Origin: a virus
Taxonomy: Duplodnaviria > Caudoviricetes
IMG/VR virus record: IMGVR_UViG_3300003375_000115
Span: 1 to 27,019 of that record
Direction: 5' to 3' (one strand)
Length of the DNA: 27,019 nucleotides
Shown here: in pieces, positions 8,993-18,811 of the stretch
How the letters are laid out: every line of letters begins with the position of its first letter
Position numbering within the stretch: the first letter of the stretch is position 1
Position numbers and translations under genes: made by a program
Notes under the pieces: generated by a model
Told to the model about the DNA's origin: nothing
The model's database searches: none
The model's input: only the letters and a program-made list of their open reading frames with translations

Positions 8993-10201
8993 ATGGCAAC
9001 AACAAGTGTAGTCAGCTCCGGCTTAGCAACGATAGCACCAGAACTTAAACCCTATTACACGGGTACTGGTACTGCTGCTGTTGGAACTCCTGGACAAGCT
9101 GGATATGTACCTGCTTCTGCAGATTACTCCCAAGGTCTTCTTGGTAAAGCTCAGGACATTTATTCACAAAACTATGCAACTCAAATTGGAAATCAATTAA
9201 ATGCTTCTGGTTTAGCGGGTGCTGGTCGTGTAGCTGGTCTTTCTGGGTTAGAGCAACAAGTTGGTCAGCAAGTTGGTGCAATGCAAACTCCAGGACAGTT
9301 TGGTACTGGGACAAATTTAGCTACTCAAGCTGGTCAAGGACAGTTAGGAACTGTCAATCAAGCGGCTGGTTATGGCAATATGGGCGCTAATATGGGCGGT
9401 CAAGCGGCGGGACTTGCTCAAGGTTCTTTAGGCTACGGAAATATGGGCGCACAAGCTGGCGCATCCTATGGTCAAAATGCTACCAATGCTCAAGCAGTTG
9501 GCGCTTATATGAATCCGTATCTGCAGAATTCTTTGAATCCTCAGTTGCAGATGATGAACCGTGCAATGGCTCAACAACAAGGAACTAATAATGCACAAGC
9601 CGTTGGTCAAGGTGCATTTGGCGGTAATCGTGCAGCAGTCCTTCAGGGTCAAAATCAATTTAATAATCAGTTAGCACAACAAAATTTAGTTGGTAACGCT
9701 TATAACACTGCTTACAATACCGCTCAAACCAATATGCAACAAGCCGCTAACCTTGGAATGCAAGGCGCACAAGTTGGTATTGCTGGTCAGAATGCTGCTA
9801 ATGCTAATTATTTAGCTGGTATTCAAGGCGCAAATACTGGTCTACAAGGTGTTGCTGCACAACAGGCTGGATACACTGGTGCAAATCAAGCAGCTAATAC
9901 ATTAGGTCAGTTGGGTACACAGCAACAAGCCGCAGATATGGCTCGCTTACAAGCTATGAGCGCACAAGGTGCAACAGAGCGTGGCATTACTCAACAAGGT
10001 CTAGATACTCGTTATTCAGACCTCATGACACAGGCACAATATCCACAGACTCAATTGGCTGGTATGCAAGGTATCCTTACTGGCGTACAAACTCCAAGCA
10101 ACGTTTCTACACAAGCTACTACAACCCCGCCTCCAAGTTTTGCTAGTCAATTGGCTGGTACTGGATTGTCTGGTTTAGCCCTTTATAACATGTTTAAATA
10201 A
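8993..10201 (+). CDS. Putative ejection / DNA pilot protein
   Basis: Q/G/A/N-rich with very few charged residues; AYMNPY and GAFGGNR motifs; hydrophobic Gly-rich C-terminus; AAGGA RBS. Confidence 0.7.
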   Translation: MATTSVVSSGLATIAPELKPYYTGTGTAAVGTPGQAGYVPASADYSQGLLGKAQDIYSQNYATQIGNQLNASGLAGAGRVAGLSGLEQQVGQQVGAMQTPGQFGTGTNLATQAGQGQLGTVNQAAGYGNMGANMGGQAAGLAQGSLGYGNMGAQAGASYGQNATNAQAVGAYMNPYLQNSLNPQLQMMNRAMAQQQGTNNAQAVGQGAFGGNRAAVLQGQNQFNNQLAQQNLVGNAYNTAYNTAQTNMQQAANLGMQGAQVGIAGQNAANANYLAGIQGANTGLQGVAAQQAGYTGANQAANTLGQLGTQQQAADMARLQAMSAQGATERGITQQGLDTRYSDLMTQAQYPQTQLAGMQGILTGVQTPSNVSTQATTTPPPSFASQLAGTGLSGLALYNMFK

Positions 10202-10209
10202 GATTAACT

Positions 10210-11982
10210 ATGAGCATACTTAGCGCACTCCATCAGCAAAATAGTTCCCTTGACGAACTAGCTAAACTTCCACAAACTGCCATTATGCAGATGGCTCAGC
10301 GTGGAGAAATCAGCCAAGATATGGTAGCTCCAATTCTTGGCAAGAAAGCTGAGATGGCTGATGCTATTGCTCGTAATAATGCGCTTCAACAGGGTGGTGG
10401 TCAGCAACCTAGCGTGATGGATCAAATCATGCAAAAGAATGCTCAAGCAGCACATCCAATGATGCAGCCAACTCCACAGATGGCAGATGCTGGCGTAGCA
10501 CAGATCCCAACTAAAGAGCCACAATATGCTGGCGGCGGTATCGTATCGTTTGCCGATGGTGGCGATGTAGAAGATGATGACTATGAAGCCTACAACCAAG
10601 CAGTAGATGATGAAGAGCATAAAGGTATGCTTGATAAACTGTATGGTATGTTAGGAAAAATGCCTAAGTCATATACTGCAGCTAAAGCAGATGCAGATAT
10701 GAAAACTGCAGGATTAGGAAGCATTGGCGCATCAGGAAAATCTGGTCATCCATATGAATCAGATGCTATTAAAGCGGCAAAAGAAGTTGGTTTAGATCCT
10801 AATATTATGCTTCATGCTCTTTACAAAGAAACTGGTGGAATAAAAGATCCAGCTACAGCTAAATCTAAAGCTGGTGCTTATGGCCCAATGCAGCTTATGG
10901 AAGCTACTGCTAAAGATTTAGGCGTTAATCGCAAAGACCCATATGAAAATATTCTTGGCGGCGCAAAATATTTAAAGCAGCAAGTAGATACATTTAAAGA
11001 TCCACAGTTAGCTTTAGCTGCTTACAATGCTGGCCCAAGCGCTGTTAGAAAAGCCTTGTCTCATAAAAATGGCATTGCTTCATTGTCAAACGAAACTCAA
11101 GGCTACATGAAGTATTCCGCTGGTGGTGATGTTAAAGGTTATAGCGGTATTGATGGTCAAAGTTTAGTTGATAATTATGATGACTCTAGCAATGCAGATG
11201 ATGCTTCATATGCACAACCATCAGCTTTATATCCTAAAGCTAAAAAACTGCTTACTCCAGAAGACCAAGATTACTATAGATCATTTATGCAACGCTTAGA
11301 TCAATCTCATGCAAATCTTAAAAAGGGTGCTGAAGAAGATAAAAATCTTGCATTGCTTCAAGCTGGACTAGGCATTATGGGGGGTACATCTCCATATGCT
11401 ATGGCGAATATTGGTCAAGGTGCTATGGCTGGTGCAAATGCTTACGGTGCTGCAAAACGCGCTCGTGCTACAGAACAAATGGGACTTGATAAATTAGGCA
11501 TTGCAGCTTATGGTGCTAAGACTAAACAGGAAAGTTTAGATGAATATCGTAAAGCTCGTGAAACACAAGCTGCTTCTGAACTTGATTTAAAGAAAGAAGC
11601 ACAAGCTAATAAACCTTCTGCAGCAGAAATTGCTAAAGGAAAAGTACTTTCAGCTATTAACCAAGACGACACTATTGCAGCATTGCTTAAACAACAGGCA
11701 GCTTCTAACTATCAGCCAGGAACTCCAGAGTATCAATACTATGAAGATAAGATTGCTGATGTTAAGAACAAATATTGGCAGGATGCTGGAATGAAACCTC
11801 CTACAGCTGGTATGCCAGCGCGCAACTTCCCTATTCAAAAAATAGAAGCAGGAGCGTATAATACAGCAATGCCAACATGGTTAGGCGGAATGTCAAAAGA
11901 GGATCTGCAAGCAGCAGAATGGGCTAACGCAAATCCAACAGATCCAAGAGCAATGGCAATTAAACAACGACTAGGAAAATAA
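10210..11982 (+). CDS. Ejection protein with soluble lytic transglycosylase (SLT) domain
   Basis: KETGG (catalytic Glu), SKAGAYGPMQLM, NILGGAKYL and ALAAYNAGP at about 10750-11110. Confidence 0.9.
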   Translation: MSILSALHQQNSSLDELAKLPQTAIMQMAQRGEISQDMVAPILGKKAEMADAIARNNALQQGGGQQPSVMDQIMQKNAQAAHPMMQPTPQMADAGVAQIPTKEPQYAGGGIVSFADGGDVEDDDYEAYNQAVDDEEHKGMLDKLYGMLGKMPKSYTAAKADADMKTAGLGSIGASGKSGHPYESDAIKAAKEVGLDPNIMLHALYKETGGIKDPATAKSKAGAYGPMQLMEATAKDLGVNRKDPYENILGGAKYLKQQVDTFKDPQLALAAYNAGPSAVRKALSHKNGIASLSNETQGYMKYSAGGDVKGYSGIDGQSLVDNYDDSSNADDASYAQPSALYPKAKKLLTPEDQDYYRSFMQRLDQSHANLKKGAEEDKNLALLQAGLGIMGGTSPYAMANIGQGAMAGANAYGAAKRARATEQMGLDKLGIAAYGAKTKQESLDEYRKARETQAASELDLKKEAQANKPSAAEIAKGKVLSAINQDDTIAALLKQQAASNYQPGTPEYQYYEDKIADVKNKYWQDAGMKPPTAGMPARNFPIQKIEAGAYNTAMPTWLGGMSKEDLQAAEWANANPTDPRAMAIKQRLGK

Positions 11983-11983
11983 C

Positions 11984-14900
11984 ATGGCTTTTGATCCGGA
12001 TGCTTACTTAGAAAAGACAGCGCCCAAAGAGACAAAAGCCTTTGATCCAGATGCGTATTTAAGTCAAGCACCTGCACCAGCGGAAGAGCCTAAGTCTCGG
12101 CAATATGGGTTTGCAGATAAAGCTGCAGACATTGGTAAAGTATTTACTTCTGGTGCTACAACAGGATTTGCTGGCGCTCCAGAAGCCGTTGAGTCAGCTG
12201 CCGCTGGAGCCACTAGAGAAAACTTGTTTGCTCCTACCGAAGCGTTAAACCTACTGGCAAACCCCAAGGCATTGGCTAACAAATTTACAGGAGCACTTGG
12301 CGCTCCTGCAGTATTTCCTGAAGCCGAAAAAGAAAATTTAATTCCAAAGAAAGTAATTGAAAAGCAACGCACCGCTGTTGATGAAGCTTTAAGCAAAGGA
12401 AAGATTCAGTCCCTTAGAAGTCTTACAGAAATCGGCAATAAGTACTCCAAGCAGATTGAAGATTCTATTAGTCCAGAAATGAAGCAAGCTATGGCTGAAT
12501 CTCAGCCTACTGGAAACATAGTAGAAGCTTTCGATACTGGTGACTTTAGCAAAATTAGTATGGGTTCCAACCCTAATAAGTTAGGGTTAGCAGGACAATT
12601 CTCTAAAGTATTTGGATCTACAGCTCCAGTAATTGCTACATCTTTACTTACTAAACGGGCTGGCCCTGCTGCTGCTGTTGGTTTTGGTCAGGCTTCTTCT
12701 GAAGGCGTAGGAGATGCTAGGGAACACGTTAGCAAAATGTCTGATGAGGAGTTAGCTAAAAATAGTGAATACTTCCGGAACTTAATGGTTCTAGGATATA
12801 ACGCTAAAGATGCTAGAAAGATGACAGAAGATAAAGCTGCGGATACTGCGGCTTTATATCAAGGTACAGTGGGTGCATTAGGTGGTGCTTTTACTGGCAA
12901 TTTAGTAACAGGTAAGTTAGACCAAGTATTGCTATCTAGCGCACGTAATCGCGCTATGAGCATTGTTCGTGGTACTGCGGTAGGGATGGCTGAGGAAGGT
13001 CTTCAAGAGATGTCTGAAGGTCTTGCTACAGACCTTGGAATTGACAAGACTGTTGCTCGTAAGATGGGTGCTGATTCATTTGCTAATTTAATACTTGGTG
13101 CTTTAGGTGGTGGCGGCCCTGGTGGTGTACGTGGTGCAGTTTCTCCATTGGCAACTCCAGAAGCTCCAATAACACCAGAAGCCGCTGCTCCAGAAACTGC
13201 GGTTCCACAAGCCCCAATAGCAACTACATTACCCACTACTCCAGAATCTGGATCTCAGGATCGCGCTGCTATGCTTGCAGAAGCGATGGGTACACCTATG
13301 CAACCACATGCCGCACCCTTACCCCCTGCCGAAGCTCCAAGTGCCGCTATGCCACCTCAAAAAGAGGCTTCAATGGCTGAGCTAGAGGGCAGACCTATTC
13401 CTCCAGAGCGTCCTGAAGTACCCCCCGTAGTTGCACCTGCAGCGGCAGCACCAATACCAAAGGAACAAACAATTGGTGAGCAGACTAAATCTCAGCTAAA
13501 AGATTTATACAAACAACAAGGATCATTGTTAAAACAAAAAGATGATCTAAATGTTTTCTTGAGAAAAAATGGAATAAATACTCAAGATAGATCTGACATG
13601 GGAATTCAACCTAGCGAATCAAGAAACTATGCTGGTGTATTTAGAAACAAGGCTCAACGCTTAGACGTATTGATGCACTCTGCTATGGAAAAAGGAATCA
13701 TTAGCGAAGCAGATTTAGCAAGATTTCCTGATGCTGTAGAAGGATTTCGTCAAATGGCTAAAGATGCTATTGATGGAAACGTGGCCCAAACTCCACAAAA
13801 TATGGCTAATATGGCTCAAATGAAATCTTTGCAAGATCAGATTGATAGTTTGGAAAGCATTCCTAAAGAACAGTATGGATTAAAGGCTGAGACTGCAGAA
13901 GAGACTCAATCAAGAATTAAGCAAGAAGCAGCGGCTCGTAAAGCGCAGGAAGATGCTGCTATTCAAGCCGACATGGATGCACAGGCAGAACGTGATCGCG
14001 CTGAGATTGCTCGTCGTAGCGCAGAACAATCTCAAAACTTTGGATTAGGACAGACTCCAGAAGAGTCTTTAACTGGTCAACGCCGTATTGATGATTTAGA
14101 TGCCGATATTCCATTTGAAAAACCTCTTGCAGAACCCACCACTAAGCTTTTAGATGAATATGAAGTAATTGCCAAAAATCTTAGATCATCAATGGATGAA
14201 ATGGGTTTAAGCCATGTTGGACTAAAAATCGCTGATTCCTTAGTGCAAAAAGCTAATGGCGTAGAAAATAAAGTTAATGGTGCATATTTTGATAATATGA
14301 TTCATGTTGCTATGACTAGTGATAATAAATATCGCACATTAAATCATGAGGCGCTGCACTCAATGAGAGATCATGGATTCTTTACGGATAAAGATTGGTC
14401 AATCCTGTCTAGCAAAGCAGCTAAAGAATGGATGAAAAAATATGATATTGCCAACCCTAAGAAGTATGGTGATAGACTACAAGAAATTCAAATAGAAGAA
14501 GCTATTGCACATGCATTTGCTGACTACAGGACTCAAACTCCTGAAATTAAATCTATTATGACAAGGGCTATAGAGACATTAAAGCGTATTGGTAATGTAT
14601 TTCGTGGTCGCGGATTCAAAACTGCTAATGATATTTTCAAGTCTGCTGGAAAAGGAAAGTTATCAGCAACGCAAGCATCATCAATTAATGAACCAAAATT
14701 TGAAAAAGTAAAGCCTACTAAGCACAAAAACTATCTTGGAGAGCCAGCCCCATTGTCACAGTGGGATATGCCTACTGACAGCAAGACTGAACGATTCATT
14801 TATCGTATCCAAGATAAATACATTGACACTAAGCGCGCTATCCAGGCTATCAAATCACAGGTCGGCGAGATTGCCGATAAGTGGGATGCTTACCTTAAGG

Positions 14901-17410
14901 AAGAGTTATACCACGGACGTACTGCTAAAAAGACTCAAGACTTTTTGAATGATGAGCTATTGCCTATCGTTAAAGAGATGCAAAAGAGCAACATTAATCT
15001 TCCAGAGTTTGATGAATATTTGCATAACCGTCATGCTGAAGAGCGTAATATACAAATTGCTAAGATCAATCCAGCAATGCCTGACTCTGGCTCTGGAATT
15101 GCTACACAAGACTCAAAAGATTACTTAGCTAAGTTAGATCCTGCTAAGGCAAAGTCATTGGAAAATATGGCTAAGCAGATAGACAAGATTATTCAGAAAA
15201 CTCAAAAGATTTTGGTTAATGCTGGATTAGAGTCTCAGGATACTATTGATATATGGAATAAGACTTACAAGAAGTATGTTCCATTAATGCGAGAAGACTT
15301 AGACTTCTCTCAAAAGTTTGGTGGTACTGGTGCTGGCTTCTCCACTAAAGGTGGGTCAAGCAAGCGCGCTGTAGGATCGCTTAAAGAAGTAGCAGACATT
15401 TTTGCTAATGTTGCCTCTCAGCGTGAACGTGCTATCGTCCGTGCAGAGAAAGCCCGTGTTGGCACAGCCCTGTATGGATTAGCAATTCAAAATCCTAACC
15501 CAGAATTCTGGTTAGCTGTTAATCCAGATGCTATTAAGAATGAAGCTGCATTGATTAAAGAGCTTCAAGCTATGGGATTAGATGCTCAGGATGCTAAGAG
15601 TATTATTCAGGAGCCTAAGACTCCATACATTGACGAAAAAACTGGTTTAGTAGCATATAGGGTAAACCCTTTGTTGCGTAATAGCGACAATGTATTCCCA
15701 GTTCGTATTGACGGAAAAGACCGTTTCATCTTCTTTAATCCTAATGATGAGCGCGCCATGCGTATGGTAAGCGCCATTAAGAACTTGGATGCTGAAGGAT
15801 TAGGGTTAATACTAGGTAACGCCGCTAAAGTAACCCGTTGGATTGCTTCTGTTAATACTCAATACAATCCAGTATTCGGTGCATACAACTTTATCCGTGA
15901 CGTAGGTGGCGCTCAATTTAACTTAACAACCACTCCTATTGCTGGAAAGCAAAAAGAAGTCACTAAGCATGTTTTCCCTGCGCTAAAAGGTATCTATAAA
16001 GATTTACGTTCTGAGCGCGCTGGAGAAGGGGCTGCTCCTGGTGAATGGTCTCAGTTATGGGAAGAGTTCCAGCGTGAAGGTGGATCTACTGGATACCGAG
16101 ATCAGTTCTCTATGGGTAAAGATGAACTCAATATTATTGAGCGACAGATAGAAGGGCTTAACCACGGGAAAATCCGTCAGGGAGCTAAAGCGGTATTCGA
16201 TTGGTTATCAGACTACAACGATGCACTAGAGAATGCTGTTCGTTTATCTGCTTACAAAGTGGCACTAGACCAAGGGATATCTAAAGAACGTGCTGCTAGC
16301 ATTGCTAAAAACCTTACAGTGAACTTTAATCGTAAAGGTGCTTGGGGTCAGCAAGCTGGTGCTTTATACGCATTCTTTAATGCTTCTGTTCAAGGCTCAA
16401 CTCGCTTATATGAAACCCTTACAGGCCCACAAGGTAAAAAGATTATTGCTGGTGGATTGTTATTAGGTTCCGTGCAAGCTATTGCTTTGGCTATGGCGGG
16501 TTTTGACGACAATGATCCTCCAGAGTTTGTTAAAGAACGTAACATCGTTATTCCTTTACCAAACGGAAAATATATTGCTATTCCAATGCCTTTGGGTCTT
16601 CACATCATTCCTAATATTGGACGTTTGACAACTGAAATGGTAATGAATGGCGGTAAAGGATCTGCCAAGAAGATAGGTAATTTGCTTGGCGTAATGATGG
16701 ATTCATTTAACCCTATAGGAAATTCTGGTTTGTCTATGCAAACTCTTGCTCCTACATTATTAGATCCAGCAGCAGCGATTATGGAAAACAAAGATGCATT
16801 TGGTCGTCCTATTGCTAAAGAAGATCGCGCTACCAATCCTACTCCTGGATATACCCGCTCTCGCGATACTGCTAGTTTTATTAGTAAAGAGTTATCTAAG
16901 TTTTTAAACTATGCTTCCGGTGGAACCAAGTATCAAAAAGGCTTAGTAAGCCCAACTGCAGATCAATTAGATTATTTAATTGGTCAAGCAACTGGTGGTG
17001 TAGGGCGCGAAGTTCTGAAGGCAGAGCAAGCTGTTACCAGCCTTGCAACTGGAGAAGAGTTACCATCTTATAAAGTTCCATTGGTTGGTAAGTTCTATGG
17101 TGATGTAGGATCTCAGGCTTCTCAAGCCAATAAGTTTTATGACAACATTACCAATATGGCTAACCATGAGAATGAGGTTAAAGGTAGGATTAAGAATCGT
17201 GAGGATGTAAATTCATACTATCGCGATCATCCAGAAGCTCGTTTATATACTCAAGCCAATACCGCTGAAAATGAGATTACTAAAATCAATAAAGAGAAAA
17301 GGGATGCTATTGAGCGCAATTCTCCTCCAGCAGTAATTAAGCGCATTGAGGATCGTAAAACAGCAATTATGAAAAGATTTAATGATCGAGTATCTAAAGC
17401 AGAAAGATGA
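11984..17410 (+). CDS. Large polyvalent internal virion protein (zincin metallopeptidase plus LPD38-like C-terminus)
   Basis: 1808 aa; HEALH at 14345 with downstream EEAIA at 14495; C-terminal YIAIPMPLG...NKDAFGRPI...DYLIGQATGGVG resembles LPD38; AFDPDAYL twice at the N-terminus. Confidence 0.75.
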   Translation: MAFDPDAYLEKTAPKETKAFDPDAYLSQAPAPAEEPKSRQYGFADKAADIGKVFTSGATTGFAGAPEAVESAAAGATRENLFAPTEALNLLANPKALANKFTGALGAPAVFPEAEKENLIPKKVIEKQRTAVDEALSKGKIQSLRSLTEIGNKYSKQIEDSISPEMKQAMAESQPTGNIVEAFDTGDFSKISMGSNPNKLGLAGQFSKVFGSTAPVIATSLLTKRAGPAAAVGFGQASSEGVGDAREHVSKMSDEELAKNSEYFRNLMVLGYNAKDARKMTEDKAADTAALYQGTVGALGGAFTGNLVTGKLDQVLLSSARNRAMSIVRGTAVGMAEEGLQEMSEGLATDLGIDKTVARKMGADSFANLILGALGGGGPGGVRGAVSPLATPEAPITPEAAAPETAVPQAPIATTLPTTPESGSQDRAAMLAEAMGTPMQPHAAPLPPAEAPSAAMPPQKEASMAELEGRPIPPERPEVPPVVAPAAAAPIPKEQTIGEQTKSQLKDLYKQQGSLLKQKDDLNVFLRKNGINTQDRSDMGIQPSESRNYAGVFRNKAQRLDVLMHSAMEKGIISEADLARFPDAVEGFRQMAKDAIDGNVAQTPQNMANMAQMKSLQDQIDSLESIPKEQYGLKAETAEETQSRIKQEAAARKAQEDAAIQADMDAQAERDRAEIARRSAEQSQNFGLGQTPEESLTGQRRIDDLDADIPFEKPLAEPTTKLLDEYEVIAKNLRSSMDEMGLSHVGLKIADSLVQKANGVENKVNGAYFDNMIHVAMTSDNKYRTLNHEALHSMRDHGFFTDKDWSILSSKAAKEWMKKYDIANPKKYGDRLQEIQIEEAIAHAFADYRTQTPEIKSIMTRAIETLKRIGNVFRGRGFKTANDIFKSAGKGKLSATQASSINEPKFEKVKPTKHKNYLGEPAPLSQWDMPTDSKTERFIYRIQDKYIDTKRAIQAIKSQVGEIADKWDAYLKEELYHGRTAKKTQDFLNDELLPIVKEMQKSNINLPEFDEYLHNRHAEERNIQIAKINPAMPDSGSGIATQDSKDYLAKLDPAKAKSLENMAKQIDKIIQKTQKILVNAGLESQDTIDIWNKTYKKYVPLMREDLDFSQKFGGTGAGFSTKGGSSKRAVGSLKEVADIFANVASQRERAIVRAEKARVGTALYGLAIQNPNPEFWLAVNPDAIKNEAALIKELQAMGLDAQDAKSIIQEPKTPYIDEKTGLVAYRVNPLLRNSDNVFPVRIDGKDRFIFFNPNDERAMRMVSAIKNLDAEGLGLILGNAAKVTRWIASVNTQYNPVFGAYNFIRDVGGAQFNLTTTPIAGKQKEVTKHVFPALKGIYKDLRSERAGEGAAPGEWSQLWEEFQREGGSTGYRDQFSMGKDELNIIERQIEGLNHGKIRQGAKAVFDWLSDYNDALENAVRLSAYKVALDQGISKERAASIAKNLTVNFNRKGAWGQQAGALYAFFNASVQGSTRLYETLTGPQGKKIIAGGLLLGSVQAIALAMAGFDDNDPPEFVKERNIVIPLPNGKYIAIPMPLGLHIIPNIGRLTTEMVMNGGKGSAKKIGNLLGVMMDSFNPIGNSGLSMQTLAPTLLDPAAAIMENKDAFGRPIAKEDRATNPTPGYTRSRDTASFISKELSKFLNYASGGTKYQKGLVSPTADQLDYLIGQATGGVGREVLKAEQAVTSLATGEELPSYKVPLVGKFYGDVGSQASQANKFYDNITNMANHENEVKGRIKNREDVNSYYRDHPEARLYTQANTAENEITKINKEKRDAIERNSPPAVIKRIEDRKTAIMKRFNDRVSKAER

Positions 17411-17500
17411 TTAAAATAGGGACTTTCCCTAATTACATACTATTTCCTTACAAATCAATGTAATATGCGAATAGCTTTATAAAACATATAAGGAAATCAC
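17411..17500 (+). promoter_or_regulatory. AT-rich intergenic control region with two inverted repeats
   Basis: TAGGGA-ctt-TCCCTA at 17417-17431; ATTACAT (17432-17438) with ATGTAAT (17458-17464); AAGGA RBS. It is the longest gap in the + arm. Confidence 0.45.
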
Positions 17501-18463
17501 ATGCAAGGTTATTATTTAACTGACGATCAGTTTGTTGAAGAGTGGCGCAAGATTGGAAGTCCACAAAAGTTTGCTGAAAAGCATAAGATGTCTGTTAGAG
17601 CTATTTATAACAGGCGAAGAAGCATTGAATGTAGATTGAAAATCAGTCTTCCTAGCGTTAATGATGCTAGATTTGATCCTTTAAAGAAGCTTCAACAGAC
17701 TCCAGGTCATGCCCGCCGTGGTATTGAAATGGAAAAGGGTCGTGTAGTAGTCTTTTCAGATGCTCACTTCTGGCCTGGGGATTACACCACAGCATTCAAA
17801 GCATTGCTGATGATTATTAAAGAATTCAAACCCAAAGTAGTCGTAGCTAACGGAGATGTATTTGATGGCTCTCAAGCCAGTCGTCATGCTCGTATTGGCT
17901 GGGAGAAAAGCCCTACTGTCAAAGAGGAATTAGAAGCTTGTAAAGAGTTCATGGAAGAGATTGAAAAAGTCTCTAAAGGTGCTGAACTCATCTGGACAAT
18001 GGGAAACCACGATGCTAGATTTGAGACCTTCTTATCAGCACAAACGGGAATGTATGAGGGAGTATCAGGGTTTACCCTTAAAGATCACTTTCCTTTATGG
18101 AAACCATGCTGGTCTTACTGGGTAAATGAAGATACTTGTATTAAACACCGCTGGAAAGGTGGATTTGGTGGTGGTCGGGCAAATGCCTTAAATTCGGGCG
18201 TAAACATGGTTACAGGCCACACACACAATTTGGCAGTACAACCCCTTACCGATTACAACGGAACGCGCTACGGGGTTCAAACGGGCTGTCTAGCGGATCC
18301 TCATGGAAATCAGTTCATGGGATACACGGAAGATAACCCAAAAGACTGGCGTTCTGGGTTCGCATTACTGTCTTGGGAGCGTGGTAGACTGATGCTTCCA
18401 GAATTAATACAGGTATGCGGTGAGGATGAGTTTGAGTTCCGGGGCTGCATAAATAAGGTATGA
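17501..18463 (+). CDS. Calcineurin-like metallophosphoesterase with N-terminal HTH-like segment
   Basis: All five motifs are present: SDAH, GDVFD, GNHD, KH and GHTH. Confidence 0.9.
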   Translation: MQGYYLTDDQFVEEWRKIGSPQKFAEKHKMSVRAIYNRRRSIECRLKISLPSVNDARFDPLKKLQQTPGHARRGIEMEKGRVVVFSDAHFWPGDYTTAFKALLMIIKEFKPKVVVANGDVFDGSQASRHARIGWEKSPTVKEELEACKEFMEEIEKVSKGAELIWTMGNHDARFETFLSAQTGMYEGVSGFTLKDHFPLWKPCWSYWVNEDTCIKHRWKGGFGGGRANALNSGVNMVTGHTHNLAVQPLTDYNGTRYGVQTGCLADPHGNQFMGYTEDNPKDWRSGFALLSWERGRLMLPELIQVCGEDEFEFRGCINKV

Positions 18464-18807
18464 AATTAACACCAGCAATTATTAGGAACTTATATACAGC
18501 AATTTACTGTATGCACCCATTTAGTCGCTGGCCTATGCCTTTGCCTGAGCAGATTAAGTTTATTATAGATTCTGACCCTGAAACAATGGGTACTTATTTA
18601 TACGATGATGGTGAAGATTATGAACATATCATCACTATTTCGGATAAGAAATGCGGTCATTTATCAACCGTGATCCGAGTCCTAATTCATGAATGTGTCC
18701 ATATGAGCCGCTGGAAGACTCCTAAGTGGAGTCATCACGATGCTGAGTTTAGGCGGCGTACCAAGGTAATATCAGATGATCTTGGATTTGATCCGCTCGA
18801 ACTTTGA
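18460..18807 (+). CDS. SprT-like HExxH zinc metallopeptidase
   Basis: VLIHECVHM followed by HHDAEF; ATGA coupling to the phosphoesterase. Confidence 0.75.
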   Translation: MKLTPAIIRNLYTAIYCMHPFSRWPMPLPEQIKFIIDSDPETMGTYLYDDGEDYEHIITISDKKCGHLSTVIRVLIHECVHMSRWKTPKWSHHDAEFRRRTKVISDDLGFDPLEL

Positions 18808-18811
18808 TATC

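Noticed and set aside
2050-14948. Same-strand alternate-frame ORFs 2050-2298, 6301-6507 and 14736-14948
   Set aside because: Their Leu/Val-rich composition is expected from frame-shifted NNT codons. Unlike Rz1, they show no lipobox or other functional signature.
599-16836. Minus-strand ORFs inside the structural arm (599-910, 1649-1969, 2858-3100, 5124-5438, 9045-9314, 9428-9658, 10258-10620, 11650-12396, 13003-13236, 14533-14727, 16600-16836)
   Set aside because: They are antisense shadows of long, well-supported genes and show no recognisable motifs.
17411-17440. Intrinsic terminator after the giant gene
   Set aside because: The stem is only 6 bp with a 3-nt loop and no U-tract, so it was kept as a possible operator instead.
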